From Macrostomum lignano (Eukaryota), in the NCBI GenBank assembly GCA_002269645.1, contig NIVC01002172.1, positions 1 to 55,646 on the forward strand: a stretch of DNA of 55,646 bases. Reading direction: 5' to 3'. Positions 39,501-47,438 of this stretch are shown here, piece by piece (the stretch's first letter is position 1; every line of letters begins with the position of its first letter). A model generated the notes under the pieces. It saw only the letters and a program-made list of their open reading frames with translations, was not told the origin of the DNA and did no database searches. A program made the position numbers and the translations under genes.

Positions 39501-42500
39501 TGCGGCAACCACTATGGCAGGTACAGAATCCGATCAAACTTGGAGTGCAGAGTACAGTGCAGAGGAGACAAGTCGACCTACTGCGGAGGCGCGTGGAGAA
39601 ACAATGTCTACGCGACGGGTGTTGTCGTCGCCAGCAAAGGTAACCGAGTCTGTCAACAGGTTTACGCTTGTAGCTTTCTGGAGATCCAAGCAATCCTAGT
39701 GTACTGCTGTTTTTCGTTGCGCCATCTAGCCATTTAGCCAGCAGCACTACTAATAGATGTCTCAATGAACAATGGTTTATAGACTAGACTAATCCAAGAG
39801 AGGTGGGCGATGCCAGCCGATTGAATCTAGTTGGAGCCTTTAATATTCGTAGTCGTAACTAAAATGATGCCCTTCTGATCTTCCAGCGGCCGGAGTGAAG
39901 TACGTCGGCTGCTTCAAGGACAATCGCTACAGGGATTTGCCGGTAGTTTACACTGCCAACTACAAGACGACAAAGGCTTACTGCTTCCGCTATTGTCGAG
40001 CCAAGGGCTACAGGTACTTTGGTCTGCAAAACGGCAATGCGTGCACCTGCGGAAACACCGTCGGTCGGTATGGAAAAGCGAAGAGCAAGGATTGCGCCAG
40101 GTCCACCTGTAAGGGCGACAAGAGGTCCAAATGTGGTGGACCATGGAGGAACAGCGTCTTCACAACCGGACTGAAGCCCAAGAGCTTCAAGAGTAAGTGT
40201 GCAGTCAAGCAGAAAATTCGCTTTCCACGCTCGCTCGTAGGCTCGTACGGTATATTAGATATTTTTGAATGTAAAACGAGATTGCTCTGTACGGTTTGGA
40301 TGGGGTTTTGCTGACCTGCATGTGCCCACTATTTCTCTTTTAAGCACCTGGAATGTCTCACATTGGCTGCTTTTTGACGGCCGGAGACGCGATCTTCCAA
40401 CTCTGGGAGGAAAAGGCAGCATGACTGTTGGAAGGTGCTACGGACTATGCAAGAAAAAGGGATTCCGATTCTTTGGCGTTCAGATAGGAAAACAGTGCTG
40501 GTGCGGCAACCACTACGGTCGCTACGGCCGACGCGACAAACGCGAGTGCCGCTACCAGTGCAGAGGAGACAAGACGACCTACTGTGGCGGCTCCTGGAGA
40601 AACGACGTGTACGCAACGGGTGTTGTCGTCGCCAGCAAAGGTAACCGAGTCTGTCAACAGGTTTACGCTTGTAGCTTTCTGGAGATCCAAGCAATCCTAG
40701 TGTACTGCTGTTTTTCGTTGCGCCATCTAGCCATTTAGCCAGCAGCACTACTAATAGATGTCTCAATGAACAATGGTTTATAGACTAGACTAATCCAAGA
40801 GAGGTGGGCGATGCCAGCCGATTAAATCTAGTTGGAGCCTTTAATATTCGTAGTCGTAACTAAAATGATGCCCTTCTGATCTTCCAGCGGCCGGAGTGAA
40901 GTACGTCGGCTGCTTCAAGGACAATCGCAACAGGGATTTGCCGGTAGTTTACACTGCCAACTACAAGACGACAAAGGCTTACTGCTTCCGCTATTGTCGA
41001 GCCAAGGGCTACAGGTACTTTGGTCTGCAAAACGGCAATGCGTGCACCTGCGGAAACACCGTCGGTCGGTATGGAAGAGCGTCGAGCAAGGATTGCGCCA
41101 GGTCCACCTGTAAGGGCGACAAGAGGTCCAAATGTGGTGGACCATGGAGGAACAGCGTCTTCACAACCGGACTGAAGCCCAAGAGCTTCAAGAGTAAGTG
41201 TGCAGTCAAGCAGAAAATTCGCTTTCCACGCTCGCTCGTAGGCTCGTAGGGTACATAAGACATTTTGTAAAGTAAAACGGTGAAGTGAGACATTTTGGCC
41301 CTGAAAGTTTCAATCCAGTTTGAATGTATTTCCAACCAATGAACGCGCTCCAGCAAGCAAAAGCTGAGCACATGATCCCAGTCTTAGCTAATGAAAAGTA
41401 GACATCCTTTCCCTACAACAGACTGAACCTTCGGTTCCCCCGAACAATTAGAACCTACCATAGACTTGAGTTAATCTCGAGATTGCGAACACCAAATACA
41501 ATACAACGGTCAGTAAGTTAACATCAATTGATTGCATCATCAGGAAAAGTTAGTCGAATCCGCCGCCTTAGTTATATGGCTCTCACATTGGTAATTGAAG
41601 TTATTATTGAGCTTAGTAGTGAGAGATCAGAAGACCAAAGACACCCAAGTTATAGACATATATAAAAAATTTCAACGGGCTGGCTCTGTCCGTGTCTTGG
41701 ATTAGGAGCCAACCAGCTGGGGTTTTACTGACCTGCGTGTGCCCACTATTTCTTTTTTAAGCACCTGGAATGTCTCACATTGGCTGCTTTGTTGACGGCC
41801 GGAGGCGCGATCTTCCAACTGTGGGAGGAAAAGGCAGCATAACTGTTGGAAGGTGCTACGGACTGTGCAAGAAAAAGGATTCCGATTCTTTGGCGTTCAG
41901 ATAGGAAAACAGTGCTGGTGCGGCAACCACTACGGTCGCTACGGCCGACGCGACAAACGCGAGTGCCGCTACCAGTGCAGAGAGACAAGACGACCTACTG
42001 TGGCGGCTCCTGGAGAAACGACGTGTACGCTACCGGACTCGAAGAGCACGCCTCCGGAGTTACCCTACTTGGCTGCTTCCGCGACAATTCGAAGCGCGAC
42101 TTGCCCCTTGTACACGGCGCCGGTCACCGGACCACAAAGGCGTACTGTCTGAAGTACTGCAAGTCTCGCGGCTACAGGTACTTTGGCCTCCAGGCTGGAT
42201 CTGCGTGCACCTGCGGCAACAAATATGGCAGCTTTGGCCGAGTCAATGCAAAGCAGTGCAGAACGCGCTGTAGAGGCGACAAAAGACGAACCTGCGGCGG
42301 CTCTTGGAGAAACTCTGTCTACTCGACTGGAATCGGCAGCAAGCCTGTTCGTCGTGAGTACAACAGTACAGATTCGCAATTGATTGCTTTTTTGTCCACC
42401 TAGCTCGTGTTTATATTAGTTTGCAGCTCTCAGTTGAGAACTATGCGATGCCTCACTAATTGCGCGCGCCGTTTCTCTTCCTTCCATAAATACGAGTAGT

Positions 42501-45500
42501 TTCAAGCAATATAAGGTGGCTAATTTGAAATTGTGCGCAAATTAGTCTGACATCTTGAAACTTTAAATGCATTAAATATCATCAGCGAAAGCGTGGGCGT
42601 CCAAGAGTTGAGCCTTTCTCATAAGTTGTTTACATAAACGACAGCAAATAATGTGTACAGTAGTAGTCTGTCGCTACCGCTTTCAGTGCCCGGATTGAAG
42701 CATCTCGGCTGCTATCTGGACAAGAGCTCCAGAGATCTTAGAAAGCTGGTTCTCTCCGGATCAGTTACTGTGCCAAAGTGCTACAAGGCGTGCAAAGCCA
42801 GGAAATATCGCTTCTTCGGTGTGCAAAATGGCTACCAGTGCTGGTGCGGCAACCACTATGGCAGGTACAGAATCCGATCAAACTTGGAGTGCAGAGTACA
42901 GTGCAGAGGAGACAAGTCGACCTACTGCGGAGGCGCGTGGAGAAACAATGTCTACGCGACGGGTGTTGTCGTCGCCAGCAAAGGTAACCGAGTCTGTCAA
43001 CAGGTTTACGCTTGTAGCTTTCTGGAGATCCAAGCAATCCTAGTGTACTGCTGTTTTTCGTTGCGCCATCTAGCCATTTAGCCAGCAGCACTACTAATAG
43101 ATGTCTCAATGAACAATGGTTTATAGACTAGACTAATCCAAGAGAGGTGGGCGATGCCAGCCGATTGAATCTAGTTGGAGCGTTTAATATTCGTAGTCGT
43201 AACTAAAATGATGCCCTTCTGATCTTCCAGCGGCCGGAGTGAAGTACGTCGGCTGCTTCAAGGACAATCGCTACAGGGATTTGCCGGTAGTTTACACTGC
43301 CAACTACAAGACGACAAAGGCTTACTGCTTCCGCTATTGTCGAGCCAAGGGCTACAGGTACTTTGGTCTGCAAAACGGCAATGCGTGCACCTGCGGAAAC
43401 ACCGTCGGTCGGTATGGAAAAGCGAAGAGCAAGGATTGCGCCAGGTCCACCTGTAAGGGCGACAAGAGGTCCAAATGTGGTGGACCATGGAGGAACAGCG
43501 TCTTCACAACCGGACTGAAGCCCAAGAGCTTCAAGAGTAAGTGTGCAGTCAAGCAGAAAATTCGCTTTCCACGCTCGCTCGTAGGCTCGTACGGTATATT
43601 AGATATTTTTGAATGTAAAACGAGATTGCTCTGTACGGTTTGGATGGGGTTTTGCTGACCTGCATGTGCCCACTATTTCTCTTTTAAGCACCTGGAATGT
43701 CTCACATTGGCTGCTTTGTTGACGGCCGGAGACGCGATCTTCCAACTCTGGGAGGAAAAGGCAGCATGACTGTTGGAAGGTGCTACGGACTATGCAAGAA
43801 AAAGGGATTCCGATTCTTTGGCGTTCAGATAGGAAAACAGTGCTGGTGCGGCAACCACTACGGTCGCTACGGCCGACGCGACAAACGCGAGTGCCGCTAC
43901 CAGTGCAGAGGAGACAAGACGACCTACTGTGGCGGCTCCTGGAGAAACGACGTGTACGCTACCGGACTCGAAGAGCACGCCTCCGGAGTTACCCTACTTG
44001 GCTGCTTCCGCGACAATTCGAAGCGCGACTTGCCCCTTGTACACGGCGCCGGTCACCGGACCACAAAGGCGTACTGTCTGAAGTACTGCAAGTCTCGCGG
44101 CTACAGGTACTTTGGCCTCCAGGCTGGATCTGCGTGCACCTGCGGCAACAAATATGGCAGCTTTGGCCGAGTCAATGCAAAGCAGTGCAGAACGCGCTGT
44201 AGAGGCGACAAAAGACGAACCTGCGGCGGCTCTTGGAGAAACTCTGTCTACTCGACTGGAATCGGCAGCAAGCCTGTTCGTCGTGAGTACAACAGTACAG
44301 ATTCGCAATTGATTGCTTTTTTGTCCACCTAGCTCGTGTTTATATTAGTTTGCAGCTCTCAGTTGAGAACTATGCGATGCCTCACTAATTGCGCGCGCCG
44401 TTTCTCTTCCTTCCATAAATACGAGTAGTTTCAAGCAATATAAGGTGGCTAATTTGAAATTGTGCGCAAATTAGTCTGACATCTTGAAACTTTAAATGCA
44501 TTAAATATCATCAGCGAAAGCGTGGGCGTCCAAGAGTTGAGCCTTTCTCATAAGTTGTTTACATAAACGACAGCAAATAATGTGTACAGTAGTAGTCTGT
44601 CGCTACCGCTTTCAGTGCCCGGATTGAAGCATCTCGGCTGCTATCTGGACAAGAGCTCCAGAGATCTTAGAAAGCTGGTTCTCTCCGGATCAGTTACTGT
44701 GCCAAAGTGCTACAAGGCGTGCAAAGCCAGGAAATATCGCTTCTTCGGTGTGCAAAATGGCTACCAGTGCTGGTGCGGCAACCACTATGGCAGGTACAGA
44801 ATCCGATCAAACTTGGAGTGCAGAGTACAGTGCAGAGGAGACAAGTCGACCTACTGCGGAGGCGCATGGAGAAACAACGTGTTTACAACTGGATATAATC
44901 CGAAAGCCTCAGGTGGGTCGGTTGTACAGAATTATTCAGGAATATAAAGTAGTTTCAAATGTGCGAATATTGCTTATATTTCAGTGAAAACCTGCCCATC
45001 GGGATCGAAGGCAACGACTGTGAAGCGCCTTGTATGTGGCTGTGCCCCCGCTTCGGGATCTCAGAGGCTTGGTTCTTTGGTGATTGTTGTCGACACAACG
45101 GGCAGCATGAGCAGTGTTTATAAATCTGTCCGCCGTAGCATTTCAAGGATTTTGTCGTCAAACAGGCGGTTCCAGAATTTTGTTGTTTCAAGCTACGGGG
45201 ATCCTTATAAGCGGCACGTCATTCGAACAAAATCCATTTCGAGGGTTCAGCGATTTCTCAACGGGCTTAAAATTAGAGGTGGTGGCGATTGTCCTGAGTA
45301 TTCAATGTCTGCCGTGATTGACGCGGCGAAATTGGCTGATAAAGATTCTGTTTTGCTTCTGTTTACTGATGCATCGGCTAAGGACCGCAGTTTGACGTCT
45401 AGTGCAGCAAAGTTGTTGAAGTCGAAACGAATTCGTTTCATCGCAATCGGCAGCGGTCGTCTTTGTGGCCGCGGTGCTGAGTATGATGTTCTCGCGAAAA

Positions 45501-46282
45501 ATACTGGTGGACTGGTAGCCAAGTTGAACCGTCGAGTTTCCGATAAGGTGACAGTTGAAATGGTATCTCTGTGACTGTACTTTTCCTTTCATTTTACATT
45601 ATAACGTATTCGGATTTTTTAATTTTTAGGTGATGAAACTAATTGAACTAGCAGCTAAAGGGAAAATGAGCTTCAGTGCTTTCCCGAAGAATACTCGCGA
45701 TCTTGCTAATGCTCTGAGAGGAAGTAAGTTTTTAATCCGGGTTTATTGCTTCTACGAGCTATTTCTTATATTTTGTTGCGGCTGACGCTGCTTAATGTTT
45801 CCAAAATTATTTTCAGAATGCCCGTGCCGAACTGTGACGCGTCATATCTGCGCGATGCCACATTCAGGTGAGAGTCTGTAATAGTCTTTATTCGGGTTGT
45901 GCATGTTGAGATTCTATGCTCACGGGTTAATTTATTTTGCGGCTTTAGCGTCAGTGGTAATTAGATTACTTTCCTTTTACTTTAACAGTATGATTTTTGT
46001 TCATTTTTAGCTTCGCTTGGGTGCTTCCTGGACGATCCCAAGTACCCAGACTTCTCGGTTGTTGCTGGCCGGGGCAAGATGACAGTGTGGAAGTGCAACA
46101 ACCTGTGCAAAGCTAAGAAGTTCTCGTATTTCGGTCTAAAGAACGGCTCGAAGTGCAGCTGCGGTGACAACTACGGAAACAGTGGCGGTGCAAAAGAGTC
46201 CAAGTGCAACAAACGCTGCTCTGGAAATTCCAAAGACAAATGCGGCGGCACCGCGACCAATAGCGTCTACAAGGTTGACTAA
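239..46282 (+). CDS. Giant multi-exon WSC-repeat / LCCL / VWA extracellular protein (5' end outside window)
   Basis: Manual splicing gives one phase-consistent chain: WSC exon 239-524; LCCL, VWA and two linker exons twice (1285-2772, 2866-4356); 61 WSC exons (4613-44912); VWA and linkers (44985-45867); terminal WSC exon 46011-46282 ending in TAA. No start codon or signal peptide is in the window. A few copies carry 1-nt deletions. Confidence 0.85.
1285..1613 (+). CDS. LCCL-domain exon, copy 1 (1-nt deletion near 1497)
   Basis: VWGSGIYTADSSLSKAAVHAG matches the LCCL signature. It is 329 nt versus 330 nt in copy 2 (GAGGGTCG vs GAGGGGTCG). Donor AGG T|gtaagt. Confidence 0.8.
1764..2320 (+). CDS. 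VWA-domain exon (hemicentin/VWA7 type), copy 1
   Basis: LIFVIDITGSMG, FGDP, GGGDCPEYAMSG and LLFTDASAKD are hemicentin-1/VWA7-like VWA motifs. Acceptor tttttgcag|, donor AAG|gtaggg. Confidence 0.88.
2424..2772 (+). CDS. Two small post-VWA exons, copy 1 (2424-2516 and 2722-2772)
   Basis: LMEFLRRAVKGRISFSAF-PRSPSALKKALRG (1-nt deletion relative to copy 2) and KCRCRTVRHRRCKRFSS. Canonical splice sites, and homologous exons occur at 45630-45723 and 45817-45867. Confidence 0.7.
2866..3195 (+). CDS. LCCL-domain exon, copy 2 (intact, 330 nt)
   Basis: GCKRVRSTPSSLSSYKSKVGQCFEFRVTGRLRGNVWGSGIYTADSSLSKAAVHAGIVRNG...YKFIGSRSVPSKKPR; phase 1-1. Confidence 0.85.
3347..3903 (+). CDS. VWA-domain exon (hemicentin/VWA7 type), copy 2
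   Basis: Same 557-nt exon as copy 1 with an N-to-I change; DITGSM, GGGDCPE and FTDASAKD motifs. Confidence 0.88.
4007..4356 (+). CDS. Two small post-VWA exons, copy 2 (4007-4100 and 4306-4356)
   Basis: LMEFLRRAVKGRISFSAFPRSPSALKKALRG and KCRCRTVRHRRCKRVSS; phases 0-1 and 1-1 link in frame to the first WSC array exon. Confidence 0.75.
4613..6708 (+). CDS. WSC unit A(long intron)-B-C: exons 4613-4918, 5485-6078, 6412-6708
   Basis: Acceptors ttccag|CGGCC, ttttaag|CACCT and ctttcag|TGCCC; donors AAG A|gtaagt, CGT C|gtgagt and AAA G|gtaacc. Each domain has the 8 WSC cysteines and the G-x-W-R-N-x-V-Y/F end. Confidence 0.9.
6956..12494 (+). CDS. Three A-B-C units (short intron): 6956-7260/7413-8006/8340-8636; 8884-9189/9342-9935/10269-10565; 10813-11118/11271-11864/12198-12494
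   Basis: 1928-1929-bp periodicity in the ORF track. The A copy at 6956 has a 1-nt deletion (GGAAAGCGTCG). Confidence 0.9.
12742..22525 (+). CDS. Alternating A-D and A(long)-B-C units: 12742-13047/13200-13496; 13742-14047/14616-15209/15543-15839; 16087-16392/16545-16841; 17089-17394/17962-18555/18889-19185; 19433-19738/19891-20184; 20431-20735/21303-21896/22229-22525
   Basis: The higher-order period is about 3345-3347 bp (13750 to 17097). D at 19891 lacks one codon (GGW vs GGSW), and A at 20431 has a 1-nt deletion. Confidence 0.88.
22772..28797 (+). CDS. Units 22772-23077/23230-23823/24157-24453 (variant A,B); 24701-25006/25159-25455; 25703-26008/26577-27170/27504-27800; 28048-28353/28506-28797
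   Basis: Same exon types. The last D has a 5-nt deletion near its 3' end. Confidence 0.85.
29030..29325 (+). pseudogene. Degraded A-type WSC exon (multiple small deletions; probable assembly artefact)
   Basis: About 10 nt shorter than A, with a damaged acceptor (cttctgtag) and frameshifts. It jumps at ~29370 from the A-B intron into the C/D-A intron. Confidence 0.6.
29500..35781 (+). CDS. Units 29500-29805/30373-30966/31300-31596; 31843-32148/32301-32597; 32845-33150/33719-~34263 (B truncated); 34560-35151 (B, 5' indels)/35485-35781
   Basis: Same exon types, with a scrambled junction at 34262-34330. Confidence 0.78.
36029..44912 (+). CDS. Units 36029-36334/36487-37080/37414-37710; 37958-38263/38416-39009/39343-39639; 39887-40192/40345-40640; 40888-41193/41762-42353/42687-42983; 43231-43536/43689-44282/44616-44912
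   Basis: Same exon types. D at 40345 has one 1-nt deletion and B at 41762 has two. The last C has a unique tail (NNVFTTGYNPKAS G|gtgggt). Confidence 0.85.
44985..45547 (+). CDS. Second-type VWA exon (hemicentin/VWA7 type)
   Basis: KTCPSGS...LGSLVIVVDTTGSMSS...YGDP...GGGDCPEYSMSA...LLFTDASAKD; acceptor atttcag|TG, donor AAG|gtgaca, the same intron position as in the 5' VWA exons. Confidence 0.9.
45630..45867 (+). CDS. Two small post-VWA exons (45630-45723 and 45817-45867)
   Basis: VMKLIELAAKGKMSFSAFPKNTRDLANALRG and KCPCRTVTRHICAMPHS; same lengths (94 and 51 nt) and phases as the 5' paralogous exons. Confidence 0.82.
46011..46282 (+). CDS. Terminal WSC-domain exon with stop codon
   Basis: tttttag|CT TCG: SLGCFLDDPKYPDFSVVAGRGKMTVWKCNNLCKAKKFSYFGLKNGSKCSCGDNYG...CNKRCSGNSKDKCGGTATNSVYKVD*. 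Confidence 0.88.
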
Positions 46283-46368
46283 TTAAGATTCAATTTAGAC
46301 TTGTCAACTCAAACGTTTAGGTGATGGTACAAAAGACTTGAGCAACTAAAATCACTAGAGATAAATAC

Positions 46369-46374
46369 ATTAAA
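46369..46374 (+). promoter_or_regulatory. Possible polyadenylation signal (ATTAAA) of the WSC gene
   Basis: The variant hexamer lies about 90 nt after the stop in AT-rich sequence; no transcript support is available. Confidence 0.3.
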
Positions 46375-47438
46375 TACAATACAACCGTCTATTACATTAC
46401 TGGTTCCGGTTATTGCTTCGAATTGTTTGAACGCAAAAAGATTTTTTGACTTAACAGTGCGGCCGCAATTTGAAACCCCTCGGAGCCTGATAGCTCGCAG
46501 TCGGGCATTACAACGCCAGTAAAATTAGCTGGCTCTAAACCCGTTTCATACTGGAAATATTTTGATTTTGCTATAAAAATTCAATATTTTGAAACTAGTT
46601 GATATCATGTAGGTCGTCATCAAACTCCTGTGAAACGATCGAAACTGAGTCATGCATGTGCTACACAAGGATGAATTATTAGCCCGTTCCTCGCCCCAAA
46701 TCGTGAGTGAGTTGTTGAGAACTCAGGCTTGCGTTGGGTTGGTCTGAGTCTGCCTTACTGCAGTATAATTCACTTACTGTAGCTGTTTGCACCGGGCTGC
46801 AGCACAGAGTTTTCTCAGAGTGCACTGTGTGCCAAGGCAGTCCAGCGTATGCTTGGACCAGGGACGTTTTAAGTTAGACATCTGGATAGGCGGCGAATCT
46901 GCGATTTGGTCATTGTAGTACAACTATAGGAATTAATAATTACATTTACAGAGCATCCAGATTCATATTATCACTGATTGCGAGCAGTTTATTGAGCATT
47001 TAAATGAGTCAGAAATTCTAAATATCAGATGCAGAGCTGCCAAGTCAATGCAGAACTTAGTAAGGTGCTCACTATTATATTTTAGTGAATTTCTTGCAAT
47101 ACAAATGGGCGAAATTCCGGTGCCGAGAGTAATAGAAAGAATGATGAAGCTCCAGATTCACTCTATTAATACTCCCTGGTTGTGCGGCTGAGTTTGTGCT
47201 TCGGACAAAAAACGATGTAAAAATGCGAAGTCTTGTGTGTACAGAGGGTGCAGAGGGACACAGAGAAGGGGGCGTCAACATGAGGGGTGGAGGCTTGTCA
47301 GAGCCGAGCAGAAAAGCGCGTGACACGAGGGCAAGGCAAAAAGACAGAGGCAACACTTCTTTCGGTTTGTGCAAGTCTCACTGCGCTTCTTTCACTCTTT
47401 CGTTAGCGCATAGCAGCGCTCAGAAGAAACCGAGTTCG

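Larger units (their letters stand above)
4613..44912 (+). repeat. Coding tandem array of WSC exons plus introns (basic unit 1929 bp; higher-order unit 3347 bp)
   Basis: Four exon types: A (306 nt, 23 copies), B (594 nt, two WSC domains, 16 copies), C (297 nt, 15 copies) and D (297-nt B/C chimera, 7 copies). Introns are A-B 152 or ~568 nt, B-C 333 nt and C/D-A 247 nt. 306+152+594+333+297+247=1929. Confidence 0.95.

Noticed and set aside
6956-42353. Scattered 1-nt deletions as programmed frameshifts or true pseudogenisation
   Set aside because: They are singletons, often in homopolymers, and not shared between copies, which is typical of long-read consensus error.
4640-44308. Many recurring minus-strand and alternate-frame ORFs (MLFESGSV..., MRHLLVV..., MLRTVQEK..., MVHHIWTS...)
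   Set aside because: They are shadows of the GC-rich WSC exons, recur only because the DNA is repeated, and show no domain motifs.
4613-44912. Regular repeat/spacer-like periodicity suggesting a CRISPR array or non-coding satellite
   Set aside because: Units are 1-3.3 kb, contain spliceable Cys-rich coding exons and have no unique spacers; the context is eukaryotic with no cas genes.
4613-44912. Dscam-like mutually exclusive exon cluster for receptor diversity
   Set aside because: Copies are nearly identical and interleaved A-B-C rather than grouped as variant cassettes, so little sequence diversity could be produced.
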